DNA of 40,479 nt from IMG/VR virus record IMGVR_UViG_3300045988_091484; one strand, written 5' to 3'. How positions within the stretch are numbered: the stretch's first letter is position 1; the number at the start of each line of letters is the position of its first letter. The notes beneath the pieces are model-generated. The model ran no database searches. It saw only the letters and a program-made list of their open reading frames with translations, and was not told the origin of the DNA. The DNA comes from a virus. The translations under genes and the position numbers were made by a program. Positions 24,392 to 34,303 of this stretch are shown in pieces.

Positions 24392-24991
24392 ATGCCTGTT
24401 CAGACTATGCGAGCTCTAAAAACGGCGTTTTATCGCGCGACTATGACGGCGCTTGGATATGATCCCGAAAAGGTATATAGGAAAACAAAGCCGCCGGTAC
24501 GGATAACCTATCCGCCACTCGGTAATCCCGATTGGACGATGGAAGAGGATGTTGTCTTTATTACAATTATGGACGCAAACGGTGACGATGTGTCGCAGCC
24601 GATACATGAACTTTGGAAAGATGACGGAGAGGACCTGCTGCGGGAGCATTATGCTACCCGGGTGCTGCAGGTTATTTTTACCGCATACGGTCCCAACGGT
24701 TATGATCGTTTGGTGCAGCTTCGGCATACGTTTCTTGATGGTTCTTCTGTGCTCCGGGCTGCAAATATATTTATCATTCCCAGCTCTGATACACCACAGT
24801 ATGTGCCGGAGCTTTTTAATAACATGTGGTTTGAACGAACCGACCTTGCGCTTCGGTTCAACAATCAGCTGCTGTTCGAAGAAAACATCAAAAGTATCAA
24901 AGAGGTTCCCGTCAAGAAAGTGGACGCGAACCGTTCCGGTACTTCCGATGTTATTCTTTATGGCGGCGGTATTACGATAAAGAAAGGGTGA
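24392..24991 (+). CDS. Neck / tail-terminator-position protein
   Basis: 199-aa ORF immediately upstream of the sheath gene. Confidence 0.45.
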   Translation: MPVQTMRALKTAFYRATMTALGYDPEKVYRKTKPPVRITYPPLGNPDWTMEEDVVFITIMDANGDDVSQPIHELWKDDGEDLLREHYATRVLQVIFTAYGPNGYDRLVQLRHTFLDGSSVLRAANIFIIPSSDTPQYVPELFNNMWFERTDLALRFNNQLLFEENIKSIKEVPVKKVDANRSGTSDVILYGGGITIKKG

Positions 24992-24999
24992 TTCCGTAA

Positions 25000-26154
25000 A
25001 TGGCGAAATTATCACTGAAAACAATCATTGATATCCAGGTCAATCTGGCAGCAAAGGCCGCCAAACGAAAAGGATTCAACATGGCACTTATTCTCGGGAA
25101 AAGCAATGTCATTCCCGAATCAGAACGGGTGCGTATTTACACAAGCGCTGATGCGTTGATTGAAGATGGGTTTAAACTGGACAGCGCAGAATATAAGGCA
25201 GCCAAGCTATATTTTTCTGCGACACTTGCTCCGTCTCGTCTTGCGGTCGGTGTTCAGGTAACTAAGGACAAGGATAAACTGGCTGCAGCCCAAGCCTGCC
25301 GTGCGGCTAATGGAGAATGGTATGTTCTGATCCCGCTCGGTGCTACAGATAAAGAAATTGAAGCCTTGGCAGATTGGGTAGAAAATGCACAGCCCGATAC
25401 GCTTCTTGCTTATACGACTTCAAGCAAAAATAACCTATCTAATTCTCAAGAAGATGCCGGAGAGGAAAAGACGGGGATTTTTGAAAAGCTAAAGAAGAAA
25501 TCCTATCGTCGTTCTTTTGGTCTGTATTGCGCACAAGGAGATACTCCAGATGCAGTGGCGGCCGTTATTGGATATGCGATGGGGGCGAATAGAGGAACAA
25601 ACAATTCTTCTTATACTCTCGCTTATAAGCATCTCCCCGGCGTGACACCGGATAATCTCACAGAAGCCCAAGTGGCATTTATCTGCGGATCTATGACGGC
25701 TGCAGGAAATAACGGTAATGTTTATGTCTGCCGCGCTGAAGAATATAACATCCTGCAGCAGGGGTGCATGGCAGACGGTACGTCTTTTGACGAGATACTC
25801 AATATTGACATGCTGAAGAATGATATCATGCTCAATGTCATGGATCTACTCACATCTACGCGGAAGGTGCCGCAAACAGAGGGCGGCGTTGCGTCTATTG
25901 TGAATGTTATTAATGTGGCCTGCAATAAGTATGTTAATACTGGATTTATCGCTCCGGGTAAATGGAATGGCGGTGAAGTGCTAAATCTTGAAAACGGAGA
26001 TTATCTGGCAAGCGGTTATCTTGTACAGAGTGAACCTATTGATTCACAGTCTCAAGCTGACCGTGATGCAAGAAAAGCGCCGCCGATTTATGTATGCGTA
26101 AAACTGGCGGGCGCTATTGAGTTTGTTACAATCGACGTTTATGTCAATCGGTAA
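25000..26154 (+). CDS. Tail sheath protein (DUF3383-type)
   Basis: 384 aa, directly followed by the tube gene. Family assignment is from memory. Confidence 0.65.
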   Translation: MAKLSLKTIIDIQVNLAAKAAKRKGFNMALILGKSNVIPESERVRIYTSADALIEDGFKLDSAEYKAAKLYFSATLAPSRLAVGVQVTKDKDKLAAAQACRAANGEWYVLIPLGATDKEIEALADWVENAQPDTLLAYTTSSKNNLSNSQEDAGEEKTGIFEKLKKKSYRRSFGLYCAQGDTPDAVAAVIGYAMGANRGTNNSSYTLAYKHLPGVTPDNLTEAQVAFICGSMTAAGNNGNVYVCRAEEYNILQQGCMADGTSFDEILNIDMLKNDIMLNVMDLLTSTRKVPQTEGGVASIVNVINVACNKYVNTGFIAPGKWNGGEVLNLENGDYLASGYLVQSEPIDSQSQADRDARKAPPIYVCVKLAGAIEFVTIDVYVNR

Positions 26155-26168
26155 AAGGAGGATGAATT

Positions 26169-26606
26169 ATGGCACAAACAACTTATAGTTTTACCGATCT
26201 GGTCGGCTCCATCCACTCTGATGTGGTTGGAGATTTTATTTTTACCGGCAATGGTGTCGGTTCCGTTTCTGTATCGAAAGCTACGGAACGCACGTCACAT
26301 GATATCGCTGCTGACGGCTCCGTTATGATCTCAAAAATAGCGGGGAATAACGGCACGGTGACCATTGAGACACAGCAGACATCTCCGCTTCATTTGTGGC
26401 TTATGAAATGGTTTCAGGCACATTGGTCAGCTCCTACTTCGCAGTGGGCGGGTACATCCATGCTGCTTAAAAACACGAGCACGGGCGGCTCTCATGTCTG
26501 CAGCGGCGTATCTCCTCAAAAGGAAGCCGATGTACCGTACCAATCACAAGGGCAGCGTGTCACGTGGACACTGATGTGTGCCGACATTGTAAATAATCCG
26601 GTGTAA
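26169..26606 (+). CDS. Tail tube protein (DUF3277-type)
   Basis: 145 aa with an AGGAGG RBS. Lies between the sheath and chaperone genes. Confidence 0.65.
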   Translation: MAQTTYSFTDLVGSIHSDVVGDFIFTGNGVGSVSVSKATERTSHDIAADGSVMISKIAGNNGTVTIETQQTSPLHLWLMKWFQAHWSAPTSQWAGTSMLLKNTSTGGSHVCSGVSPQKEADVPYQSQGQRVTWTLMCADIVNNPV

Positions 26607-26622
26607 CTTTAGGAGGAAATAA

Positions 26623-27054
26623 ATGGAACCTAAACAGAAAACCCAGATCATAGAGGTGGGCGGTAGTAAATACCGCCTTTCTAAATTGGACGCACGGTCC
26701 GCGTCCTACATTGCATTTAAGTCTGCGGGGATTGTAGCCCCTCTCATGGGAAAAGGGAAAAACAACGGAAATATATCGGTGGAATCTATATCAAAGGTAC
26801 TGCCGGCCGTTCCCCGTCATGAATTTGAAGAAATACAGACCATGCTTTTAAAAACGGTGGTGAAAATGAATGACGTGGGCGGACAGCTTCTTCCGGAACC
26901 TATTTTAAAAGAGGATGGAAGCTTTGCTATTGAAGATTTGGCATATGACGCCGGAGCGGTAATTGCGCTTACCGTAAGAGCGTTCCTGTTCAATGTCGGG
27001 GGTTTTTTCGGAGGGGCCGGCCTGATACCGGCCGAATCGGAACCGAAATCCTAA
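26623..27054 (+). CDS. Tail assembly chaperone (gpG-like)
   Basis: 143 aa, immediately upstream of the tape measure. Contains a slippery site near its 3' end. Confidence 0.65.
   Translation: MEPKQKTQIIEVGGSKYRLSKLDARSASYIAFKSAGIVAPLMGKGKNNGNISVESISKVLPAVPRHEFEEIQTMLLKTVVKMNDVGGQLLPEPILKEDGSFAIEDLAYDAGAVIALTVRAFLFNVGGFFGGAGLIPAESEPKS
27003..27009 (+). promoter_or_regulatory. Candidate -1 programmed ribosomal frameshift heptamer T TTT TTC
   Basis: The zero frame reads GGT TTT TTC. The -1 frame is open from 26949 to the stop at 27240-27242. Confidence 0.55.
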
Positions 27055-27065
27055 AATTTACACCT

Positions 27066-27242
27066 ATGGATTATCCAACTGTCGATAGTTTTGCCTATGC
27101 CCCTGTGGCGGCTGGCATGTGGCGACAGCATGAAGTGTTTGATGGCACTTATGATTTCGATGATTTGCTTGACGCCCATGAAATCATCTTTGTGAAAGCA
27201 GAAAACGCAGCCCGTGCCAGAGACGCTGCAGAAAGGAGTTAG
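27066..27242 (+). CDS. gpT-like distal chaperone segment (58 aa if initiated at ATG 27066; more likely expressed as a -1 frameshift fusion)
   Basis: ORF is in the -1 frame relative to 26623-27054. No convincing RBS. Below the ORF-track cutoff. Confidence 0.5.
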   Translation: MDYPTVDSFAYAPVAAGMWRQHEVFDGTYDFDDLLDAHEIIFVKAENAARARDAAERS

Positions 27243-27245
27243 CAA

Positions 27246-29120
27246 GTGGCAGGAAATGTAATAGAAGAATATCTTGTCGGCATTGGCGCTGATATAGATA
27301 CCGGCAGCTTTAATTCTGCCATGATGGCCATTGGCCAGCTTGGCAAAGCGATGAATGCAATTAAAGGAGCTGCTCCTATTGTTGCTGTTGCCGCTGCGAT
27401 TATCGGGGTGGGCAAGGCAGCCTACAGCACCATCAAAGATGTGGCGGCAGCGGATATGGAGTACAAAAAGCTGGCGTCCCAGATGTGGATCACAAAGGAT
27501 TCTGCCAAGTCACTTTCTACAACCATGAAAGTCATGGGTGTATCGCAGGAAGATATCGCATGGATCCCCGAACTCCGGGAACAGTTCTTCCGCCTCCGGA
27601 ACGAGATGAACGAACTGGCTACTCCGGTAGATGCGGATAACCAGCTGCAGTGGATCCGTGAAATCGGCTATGATGTACAGTCTCTGCAGGTTAAGCTGAA
27701 AATGCTGAAAGAATGGATCGCTTATTACCTGATCAAGTATCTTCAGCCGTATATCAAGGAATTTCAGCAATTTATCCAGTGGCTGAATGATAAGCTCGGG
27801 AAAAACATGCCGGAAATCGCCCGAAAGATAGCTAAAGTTTTATCACAGATAGTGAGTATCGGTATTTCTGCCGTTAAAGTGTTAAAAGCTATATTCGGAT
27901 CAATCTATGATTTCATAGAGAGCTTACCTGCCAACGTGAGAAAATGGGCAGCTATATTCGCGATGGTAGGCGCTATTATTATGAGTGGTCCCTTCGGTCT
28001 TTTCATTGCTGCTATCGGCGGCGCGCTTCTCCTGATGCAGGACTTCATGTACTTTGTAGAAGGGAAAAAATCTTCCCGCACGTTGGCTCCGATGTGGAGA
28101 AAATTGCTGGATTTTCTGAACAATGACAAGGTTAATAAGTTCTTTCAGGGCGTCAAAAAAGGTATGATATGGATCGCGGATATGTGCGATATCATCGTAA
28201 AGAAACTGCTTAAATTTTTGGATGATGCAACGCCCAAGGTCATGAAATTTGTTTCAAAAATGACAGAAGGTGTCGGGAGACTGCAAAATGGAGATGTTCG
28301 CGGGGCTGCATCTGCTTTCGGTGACGCTTTCGGAAATCCTTTCGGATCTCCTTTTGGCGGTGGTGATATAGTTTCCCGTGCGGCTAATATTACGGATAAT
28401 CCGACCGGTGATTTTCTCGGAAACGAAAATGGATGTACTTATTTTGTGAAACAGGCGGTCGGTGCTGATAATGAATATTTCCAAAATATGGGGGATAGTC
28501 TATGGGTGCCGACTTGGGTTGATTCTGCTAAGGCGCAGGGGCGCTGGCATGCAGGAGTAGACGGCATGCAGGCTGGAGATATCGTTGTCGTTGAGACAGG
28601 AGGAGAAGGCCCATATGATCACGTCGTCGTTTATGACGGGAATGGCGGATATTTCGGGAACTCTTCTTCTCTCGGAAAACCTGTTCATGGCGATCTGTCC
28701 GATTTCGGATATGGAAATATATCTGGATATATAAGAACGGGCGGGTCTGATTCCGGGTGGGATATGAATTTTGACACTTCGCTGGACGATTATTTCAAGA
28801 GTTCCGGAGGAGAATCCAGCGGTGCAAGTTCCGGTTACCGGATCGGGTCCGGCATGATGGGATTTGCAGGCGGCGGCTCTTTCTCCGGAAGTTATGCTGA
28901 CCAGCTGTATAGTGGCGGTTATGCAGAGCAAGGAATGTCAGCGCAAGCCGCAGCTTCAGGATCCGGTGCATATGGCGGCGTTTCCAATGTATCTAATAGT
29001 ACAGTTTCTATCGGAGATATTATTGTAAATGTAGCTAAAACAAATGCCTCTGAAGATGAAATAGGTGAAGCGGCTTATAAGGCATTCAGTACGAGAATGG
29101 GGAGGGGGTCAATTGTATGA
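27246..29120 (+). CDS. Tape measure protein with a C-terminal CHAP/NlpC-P60-like peptidoglycan hydrolase domain
   Basis: GTG start after GAAAGGAG. Helical N-terminal part with TM segments. NGCTYFV (Cys codon 28434-28436) ... YDHVVVYDG (His codon 28620-28622). Gly/Ser-rich tail. Confidence 0.8.
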   Translation: MAGNVIEEYLVGIGADIDTGSFNSAMMAIGQLGKAMNAIKGAAPIVAVAAAIIGVGKAAYSTIKDVAAADMEYKKLASQMWITKDSAKSLSTTMKVMGVSQEDIAWIPELREQFFRLRNEMNELATPVDADNQLQWIREIGYDVQSLQVKLKMLKEWIAYYLIKYLQPYIKEFQQFIQWLNDKLGKNMPEIARKIAKVLSQIVSIGISAVKVLKAIFGSIYDFIESLPANVRKWAAIFAMVGAIIMSGPFGLFIAAIGGALLLMQDFMYFVEGKKSSRTLAPMWRKLLDFLNNDKVNKFFQGVKKGMIWIADMCDIIVKKLLKFLDDATPKVMKFVSKMTEGVGRLQNGDVRGAASAFGDAFGNPFGSPFGGGDIVSRAANITDNPTGDFLGNENGCTYFVKQAVGADNEYFQNMGDSLWVPTWVDSAKAQGRWHAGVDGMQAGDIVVVETGGEGPYDHVVVYDGNGGYFGNSSSLGKPVHGDLSDFGYGNISGYIRTGGSDSGWDMNFDTSLDDYFKSSGGESSGASSGYRIGSGMMGFAGGGSFSGSYADQLYSGGYAEQGMSAQAAASGSGAYGGVSNVSNSTVSIGDIIVNVAKTNASEDEIGEAAYKAFSTRMGRGSIV

Positions 29121-29809
29121 GCCTGCTTAATATCGGGGGGCTGGGTAATATTACCTCTGCATTAATAGGCGGAACATCTTGTATCCCTGATCTTTCCCAA
29201 TATGGATTTTCCGCTTATGGAGGATACCGCCCACCGCAGTGGAATTCTTCTTTCTTGGGAACAGAAGATCTTGTATATTGCAAAACAAATATAGGCGGTC
29301 TCTTTTTTGACGCTGTTATTAGTGTCGATACAGATCATACGTCTACCGTGACATCTCATCCGGTACAGTCTGGTGCGAACATGTCAGACCACATGTATGA
29401 GAACCCGGTAACAATCACGATGGAAATCGCTATGTCCGACGCTATGGATTCCATGGTGCACGGTCAGTGGCATAATTCCGGAGAAAAAGGTATTTCTGCT
29501 TACCGAACTCTTCGAGATTTGCAGAAATCAAGGATACCGATAGATGTACTGACCCGTCTCGACAGGTACCAGAATATGGTCATTCAAAGTATCCATGTAA
29601 ATGATGACAGCAAGACACTGGGCGGGCTCAAAGCGTCCGTCCATTTACAGCAAATCATAACGGCTACTGTTTCCACTGAAAAGGTTAGCGCCAGGAATTG
29701 GACAAGCGGTGGAGCTAACCGTCGTGGTGAAATACAAGTGGAAGAACAAGGATCGGTTATATCCGAAATTATGGATGATGGAGAAAAGGGGCTGAAAGAT
29801 AAAGTATGA
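29117..29809 (+). CDS. Baseplate hub-associated protein (Mu gp43 / XkdP position)
   Basis: 230 aa with an ATGA overlap onto the tape measure stop. Called from position only. Confidence 0.45.
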   Translation: MSLLNIGGLGNITSALIGGTSCIPDLSQYGFSAYGGYRPPQWNSSFLGTEDLVYCKTNIGGLFFDAVISVDTDHTSTVTSHPVQSGANMSDHMYENPVTITMEIAMSDAMDSMVHGQWHNSGEKGISAYRTLRDLQKSRIPIDVLTRLDRYQNMVIQSIHVNDDSKTLGGLKASVHLQQIITATVSTEKVSARNWTSGGANRRGEIQVEEQGSVISEIMDDGEKGLKDKV

Positions 29810-30138
29810 GTTACTGCATTGTACCGCTGACAAATCAGCCGTATTCCGAGCAGGAATTTAAGCTGACACTGAAAAACAGGCGGAATATCAATATCAAGCT
29901 CAAACTCCGCTATAACGACCTTTGTGCGGACTGGACGGCGGAGGTTATAGACAACAGCACCGGAAAGACGCTGATAGATACGCTTCCGCTTGTACCTGGA
30001 GTTAATCTTTTGGGGCAATTCGGATATTTAAATATCGGTGAAGCATATGTTATACCAACGACAGATACGGAATTGATGATGCCGGACAACACAACACTTG
30101 GATCTGTTTTTGTTCTCGTTTGGGGTGACCGATCATGA
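29806..30138 (+). CDS. Small baseplate/tail protein
   Basis: 110 aa, overlapping starts on both sides. Confidence 0.4.
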   Translation: MSYCIVPLTNQPYSEQEFKLTLKNRRNINIKLKLRYNDLCADWTAEVIDNSTGKTLIDTLPLVPGVNLLGQFGYLNIGEAYVIPTTDTELMMPDNTTLGSVFVLVWGDRS

Positions 30139-31139
30139 ACGGACAATTATGGGGGCGCCGCTGGCGTATTCTTGTAAGTAAACAGGCTACAAAAGACAAT
30201 CCGAACGAAGAGGAAGCACTGAACGTATCCGAACTCCACTGCACTTTTGAAATCCATAAAAAACGAGGGAAAGGCGGCTTTTATGCTGTCTGCAAAATCT
30301 ATAATCTGACTGCTGCCACCGAAAACAAATTAATCCGTGAGGGTGACAGGCTAATCATTGAGGCCGGCTATGACGGTACCGCGGAAAAAGATGTTACTAA
30401 TACCGACGGAACCGTACAGACGGAAACAGTTCCGCTGCAGTACGGAAAAATATTTGACGGTAGGATCATATATCCGTCACGAAGCAAAGAATCAAATGTG
30501 GACTATATATTGACATTGACTGCTATTGACGGTGACGCCCCGCTGAATTTGAATCACATATCAAAGACCGTAAACCGCGGTCTGAATATGCGTAAGGTGG
30601 TGGAAACCGTCTGCAATGACAGTGAAGTAAAAACGCCGATTAATACAGTGAGCGACGGGCTTTCTCTGCAAACCCTGCCGCGAGGAAAGGTTTTCTATGG
30701 CCGCCCCTATGATTATGTGCAGGACGTTTGCCGGGGAAATAGTGCTGATTACTACATCGAAGATGGACGGTTAAATGTAGTGCGGCTGCAGGATGTAGCG
30801 AAAGATGAAGCACTTGTTGTCACACCGAACAACGGTCTTATAGGAACGCCGCAGCAGACGCAGGACGGTGTGTCCTTTAAATTGCTTTTGAACCCGGCTA
30901 TCCATCTGGGGTCCATGATCCAGTTGAAAAATGTAGAAATTAATGAAGTAAATGTCATGCCCGGGCAAAGGCAAGCGCCTCTTGACGACGATTGGATTTA
31001 CCAGGCAATAGAAATTACACACAGAGGAGATACGCGGGGAAATGACTGGTACACAGAAATTATCGGGATATCTCGATACGGCAAAGGTGCACTTCCTGCG
31101 CTTCTTGGCGATTCCGGAACTAATGGAATGGGGGTGTAA
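30135..31139 (+). CDS. Baseplate hub protein (XkdQ / gpD / Mu gp44-like)
   Basis: 334 aa, upstream of the spike gene. N-terminus WRILVS...LHCTFEIHK. Confidence 0.55.
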   Translation: MNGQLWGRRWRILVSKQATKDNPNEEEALNVSELHCTFEIHKKRGKGGFYAVCKIYNLTAATENKLIREGDRLIIEAGYDGTAEKDVTNTDGTVQTETVPLQYGKIFDGRIIYPSRSKESNVDYILTLTAIDGDAPLNLNHISKTVNRGLNMRKVVETVCNDSEVKTPINTVSDGLSLQTLPRGKVFYGRPYDYVQDVCRGNSADYYIEDGRLNVVRLQDVAKDEALVVTPNNGLIGTPQQTQDGVSFKLLLNPAIHLGSMIQLKNVEINEVNVMPGQRQAPLDDDWIYQAIEITHRGDTRGNDWYTEIIGISRYGKGALPALLGDSGTNGMGV

Positions 31140-31141
31140 AG

Positions 31142-31714
31142 ATGATTCCGTTAACTGAAAGAAGCCCGTCTTCTCGTGTAAACAGTGATAATGAACTTAG
31201 GCAGCGTGAAATCAACCTTCGTGTGGCGGCTCCCGGCATTATTCAATCGTTTAATTCAGAAGAACAGACCGTCACTGTACAGCTGTCCATTCGTGAAAAA
31301 AGAAATAATGATGGTGTGGAGACATGGGAAGATCTGCCACAGCTTGTAGATGTCCCCGTGGTATTCCCACGTGCAGGCGGTTATGTACTGACTATGCCGA
31401 TAAATCCCGGAGATGAATGCCTTGTCATTTTCGGAGATAACTGTATGGATGCCTGGTGGCAGTCCGGTGGTGTTCAGAATCAAATTGACTGCAGGAGACA
31501 CGATCTTTCAGACGGTTACTGTATCCCGGGACCATGGTCGCAGCCGCGGACTATTCCGAATTACAGCACTTCATCGGCGCAGCTTCGTACAGAGAGCGGT
31601 TCTTCTTACATTGAACTTGCCGGAAATGATATTAATATCGTGGCAGCGGGGAATATCAAGATTAAGGGGGCAAGGATAGATATCAATGAACCAAGGGGGA
31701 ATATCAATGAGTAA
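31142..31714 (+). CDS. Baseplate central spike (Mu gp45 / gpV / Gp138-N-like)
   Basis: VAAPGIIQSF...TVTVQ...VDVPVVFPRAGGYVLTMPINPGDECLVIFGDNCMDAW...RRHDLSDGYCIPG. Confidence 0.7.
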   Translation: MIPLTERSPSSRVNSDNELRQREINLRVAAPGIIQSFNSEEQTVTVQLSIREKRNNDGVETWEDLPQLVDVPVVFPRAGGYVLTMPINPGDECLVIFGDNCMDAWWQSGGVQNQIDCRRHDLSDGYCIPGPWSQPRTIPNYSTSSAQLRTESGSSYIELAGNDINIVAAGNIKIKGARIDINEPRGNINE

Positions 31715-31997
31715 GGCAACCAGAGTGGGAGATTTGAATACCGGGCATGACAGCTGCCCGCCCGTGGCGCTTGTGACAGGTTCCCCGAATGTTTTTATTA
31801 ACGGACGAGCGGCGGGGCGCGTAGGCGATTCTTACGCTCCTCATGGCTGCCATGTTCATCCGTCTCATGTTGGCAAGATAGCAAGTGGGAGTTCTTCTGT
31901 ATTTATCAACGGAAAACCCGCAGGGCGCATAGGTGATCCTGTGTCGTGCGGAGGGGCTGTTGCGGAAGGTTCCTCAAATGTATTTATAGGAGGTTAA
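31707..31997 (+). CDS. PAAR-repeat spike-tip protein
   Basis: ATG 31707 follows AAGGGGGA. Repeated SPNVFINGRAAGRVGD / SSSVFINGKPAGRIGD / SSNVFIGG. Confidence 0.8.
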   Translation: MSKATRVGDLNTGHDSCPPVALVTGSPNVFINGRAAGRVGDSYAPHGCHVHPSHVGKIASGSSSVFINGKPAGRIGDPVSCGGAVAEGSSNVFIGG

Positions 31998-31999
31998 GC

Positions 32000-32371
32000 A
32001 TGATTTACCGGCAGCTTGATGATAACGGCGATTATATTTTTGGACACGGGAAGCATGCGTATTTGGAAGGTGTGGACGCAGTGGCACAGGCCATCAAGAC
32101 CCGCCTTCTTTTATTGTATCGAGAATGGTGGGAAGATCTGGAAGATGGATTGCCGCTATGGGAAAAAATCATGGCCAGCTCCGGGCAACCAAGCAATATA
32201 AAAGCCGTCGATTTTATTTTTCGCGAGCGGATACAAGGTACAACCGGTGTGCTGTCTATTCTCGGCTATGAATCTTCTTTTGAAAACAGGCATTACACTT
32301 TCCGATGCGCTGTAGAAACATTGTACGGATCCCTTGTAATTTCAAATATAAGAAATGAGGCGGAAGGATGA
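32000..32371 (+). CDS. Baseplate wedge protein (gp25 / W-like position)
   Basis: ATG 32000 follows GGAGG. 123 aa, immediately upstream of the J-like gene. Confidence 0.5.
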   Translation: MIYRQLDDNGDYIFGHGKHAYLEGVDAVAQAIKTRLLLLYREWWEDLEDGLPLWEKIMASSGQPSNIKAVDFIFRERIQGTTGVLSILGYESSFENRHYTFRCAVETLYGSLVISNIRNEAEG

Positions 32372-33558
32372 GTTATTTTACACCTTATGTGGATGCGTCC
32401 GGTTTGCACATACCGACGTATGCCGATATACGTGACGATATTATTGTGCAAATGAAAAAGATATATGGCAATGATATCTATCTCGAAAACGACAGCGCCG
32501 ACTACCAGTTTATTTCCATTTTAGCCCTTAAAATTTCAGATTCTTATCAAGCTGTTCAATATGCTTACAATGCAAGATCTCCTGCGACAGCCATTGGGGC
32601 GGCGTTGGATTCTGTTGTGAAACTGAACGGTATTGCACGAAAAGAACCAGGATATTCTACTTGCCAGGTGACACTTACCGGAATTCCATTTACAGAAATA
32701 AAAAATGGATCGGTAGTAGATAAAACTGGACTTATTTGGGATCTTCCGTCATCTGTCATTATCGGAAGTGGAGGAACAGTTATTTCTACCGTTACATGTC
32801 AAAAAGTAGGGGCGGTTTCCGCCGAGCTGGGGGATATAGACAAAATAAATACTCCTACTTACGGATGGAAATCTGTCACAAATCACGCGGAAGCTATTCC
32901 GGGTAATGCAGTAGAAACAGATGCGGAACTCCGTCAGAGACAAACTATTTCTGTATCTAATCCGTCGCAAACAATGCTTGAAGGTACACATGGCGCAATC
33001 ATGGCACTAAAAAACATCGCAAGAGTAGCTGTATATGAGAACGATACGAATGTAAGCACTGTGGATCCGGAAAACAATCCTCATGGGCTACCTCCGCACT
33101 CTATTACATGCGTGGTTGAGGGAGGCTCCGACACGGATATAGCAGAAGCGATTCTTTACCATAAAGGAATTGGGTGTTATACAAACGGCGACAAAGAGGT
33201 CAGTATTATAGATCGGAATGATTATGTAAATAAAGTTCGTTTTTATCGGCCGTCTTATGTTGACATCTACATCAACCTGAAATTGAAGAAGTATACAGGA
33301 TATGTATCAAGCCTCTCATCTACTGTCAAAACCGCAATTTATAATTATATTTCTTCTCTTGAAATAGGACGTGATGTATCCATTTCCATGCTTACCGGAG
33401 CCATCATGTCATGCAATCCTGATATTACCCGTCCAGTGTTCGGTATATCTTCTATTACGATCGGAAGAAGTAAACAATCTCTTTTGAATGGAGATGTGGA
33501 TATTGCTTACAAAGAGGTGGCGCGTCCTAATTATGACAATATCGAGGTGACGGTATGA
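32368..33558 (+). CDS. Baseplate J-like protein
   Basis: 396 aa. N-terminus YFTPYVDASGLHIPTYADIRDDII. Followed by a DUF2612-type gene. Confidence 0.75.
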   Translation: MSYFTPYVDASGLHIPTYADIRDDIIVQMKKIYGNDIYLENDSADYQFISILALKISDSYQAVQYAYNARSPATAIGAALDSVVKLNGIARKEPGYSTCQVTLTGIPFTEIKNGSVVDKTGLIWDLPSSVIIGSGGTVISTVTCQKVGAVSAELGDIDKINTPTYGWKSVTNHAEAIPGNAVETDAELRQRQTISVSNPSQTMLEGTHGAIMALKNIARVAVYENDTNVSTVDPENNPHGLPPHSITCVVEGGSDTDIAEAILYHKGIGCYTNGDKEVSIIDRNDYVNKVRFYRPSYVDIYINLKLKKYTGYVSSLSSTVKTAIYNYISSLEIGRDVSISMLTGAIMSCNPDITRPVFGISSITIGRSKQSLLNGDVDIAYKEVARPNYDNIEVTV

Positions 33559-34301
33559 TAACGCATGATACGGAATATTATCGGAAACTGATAACATCCG
33601 AATACCGTGGATCTCCCCGTTTTAATGAAATGGTTCGAAAAATGGCGAGCTATGGACGTGAGCTGGATATATCCATATTTAAAATGGTGGATATGTTTGA
33701 TGTCGATGTGGCGGAAGCTGATCAGTTGGATGTTTTGGGGGCTTGTGTCGGTGTATCACGATCCTTGAAATTTGAACCGTCACCTACGGCACGCGGCGAA
33801 ATCATATGTCCTACACCTCTTGAATTATCACAAGATACAGGAGCGGAATCTAAATATACGATATATAAGACGCCTGTTCCATCAAAACTGGCTGACACAA
33901 ATATTATACAGGACTTTGCTCCGGGTGACATGGATGACATGCCGCTCGTCACTGACGATATATATCGAATTATGATTAAATCGCGGATTATACAAAATGT
34001 TTGGAAAGGTAATGTTCTTGACTTGTATGAGATGTGGGATAATTTGTTTCCAGATAATCAAGGACTGCAGATACAGGATCTTCAAGACATGAGCTTTAAT
34101 ATCGTTTTGCTCGGGAATTATTCAAAACTGATGCAGGAACTTATTGTTCACGGATATATTATTCCGAAGCCGGAAGGTGTGAGGATTAATACGCTGTCAT
34201 TTATTGACACAGACGGTCTTCCGATATTTGCTTATGACTACAATACCATTAATTACAGCGGCTATAAATCTCATTGGCTGCAAGTGCATGAAGGAGGTTA
34301 A
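33555..34301 (+). CDS. Baseplate protein, DUF2612 / gpI-like
   Basis: LITSEYRGSPRFNEMV near the N-terminus. Lies after the J-like gene. Confidence 0.6.
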   Translation: MITHDTEYYRKLITSEYRGSPRFNEMVRKMASYGRELDISIFKMVDMFDVDVAEADQLDVLGACVGVSRSLKFEPSPTARGEIICPTPLELSQDTGAESKYTIYKTPVPSKLADTNIIQDFAPGDMDDMPLVTDDIYRIMIKSRIIQNVWKGNVLDLYEMWDNLFPDNQGLQIQDLQDMSFNIVLLGNYSKLMQELIVHGYIIPKPEGVRINTLSFIDTDGLPIFAYDYNTINYSGYKSHWLQVHEGG

Positions 34302-34303
34302 TA

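Noticed and set aside
24416-25024. 202-aa minus-strand ORF and the 143-aa plus-strand alternative frame 24549-24980
   Set aside because: Both overlap the 24392-24991 structural gene, which is translationally coupled within the operon. Neither has an independent start signal.
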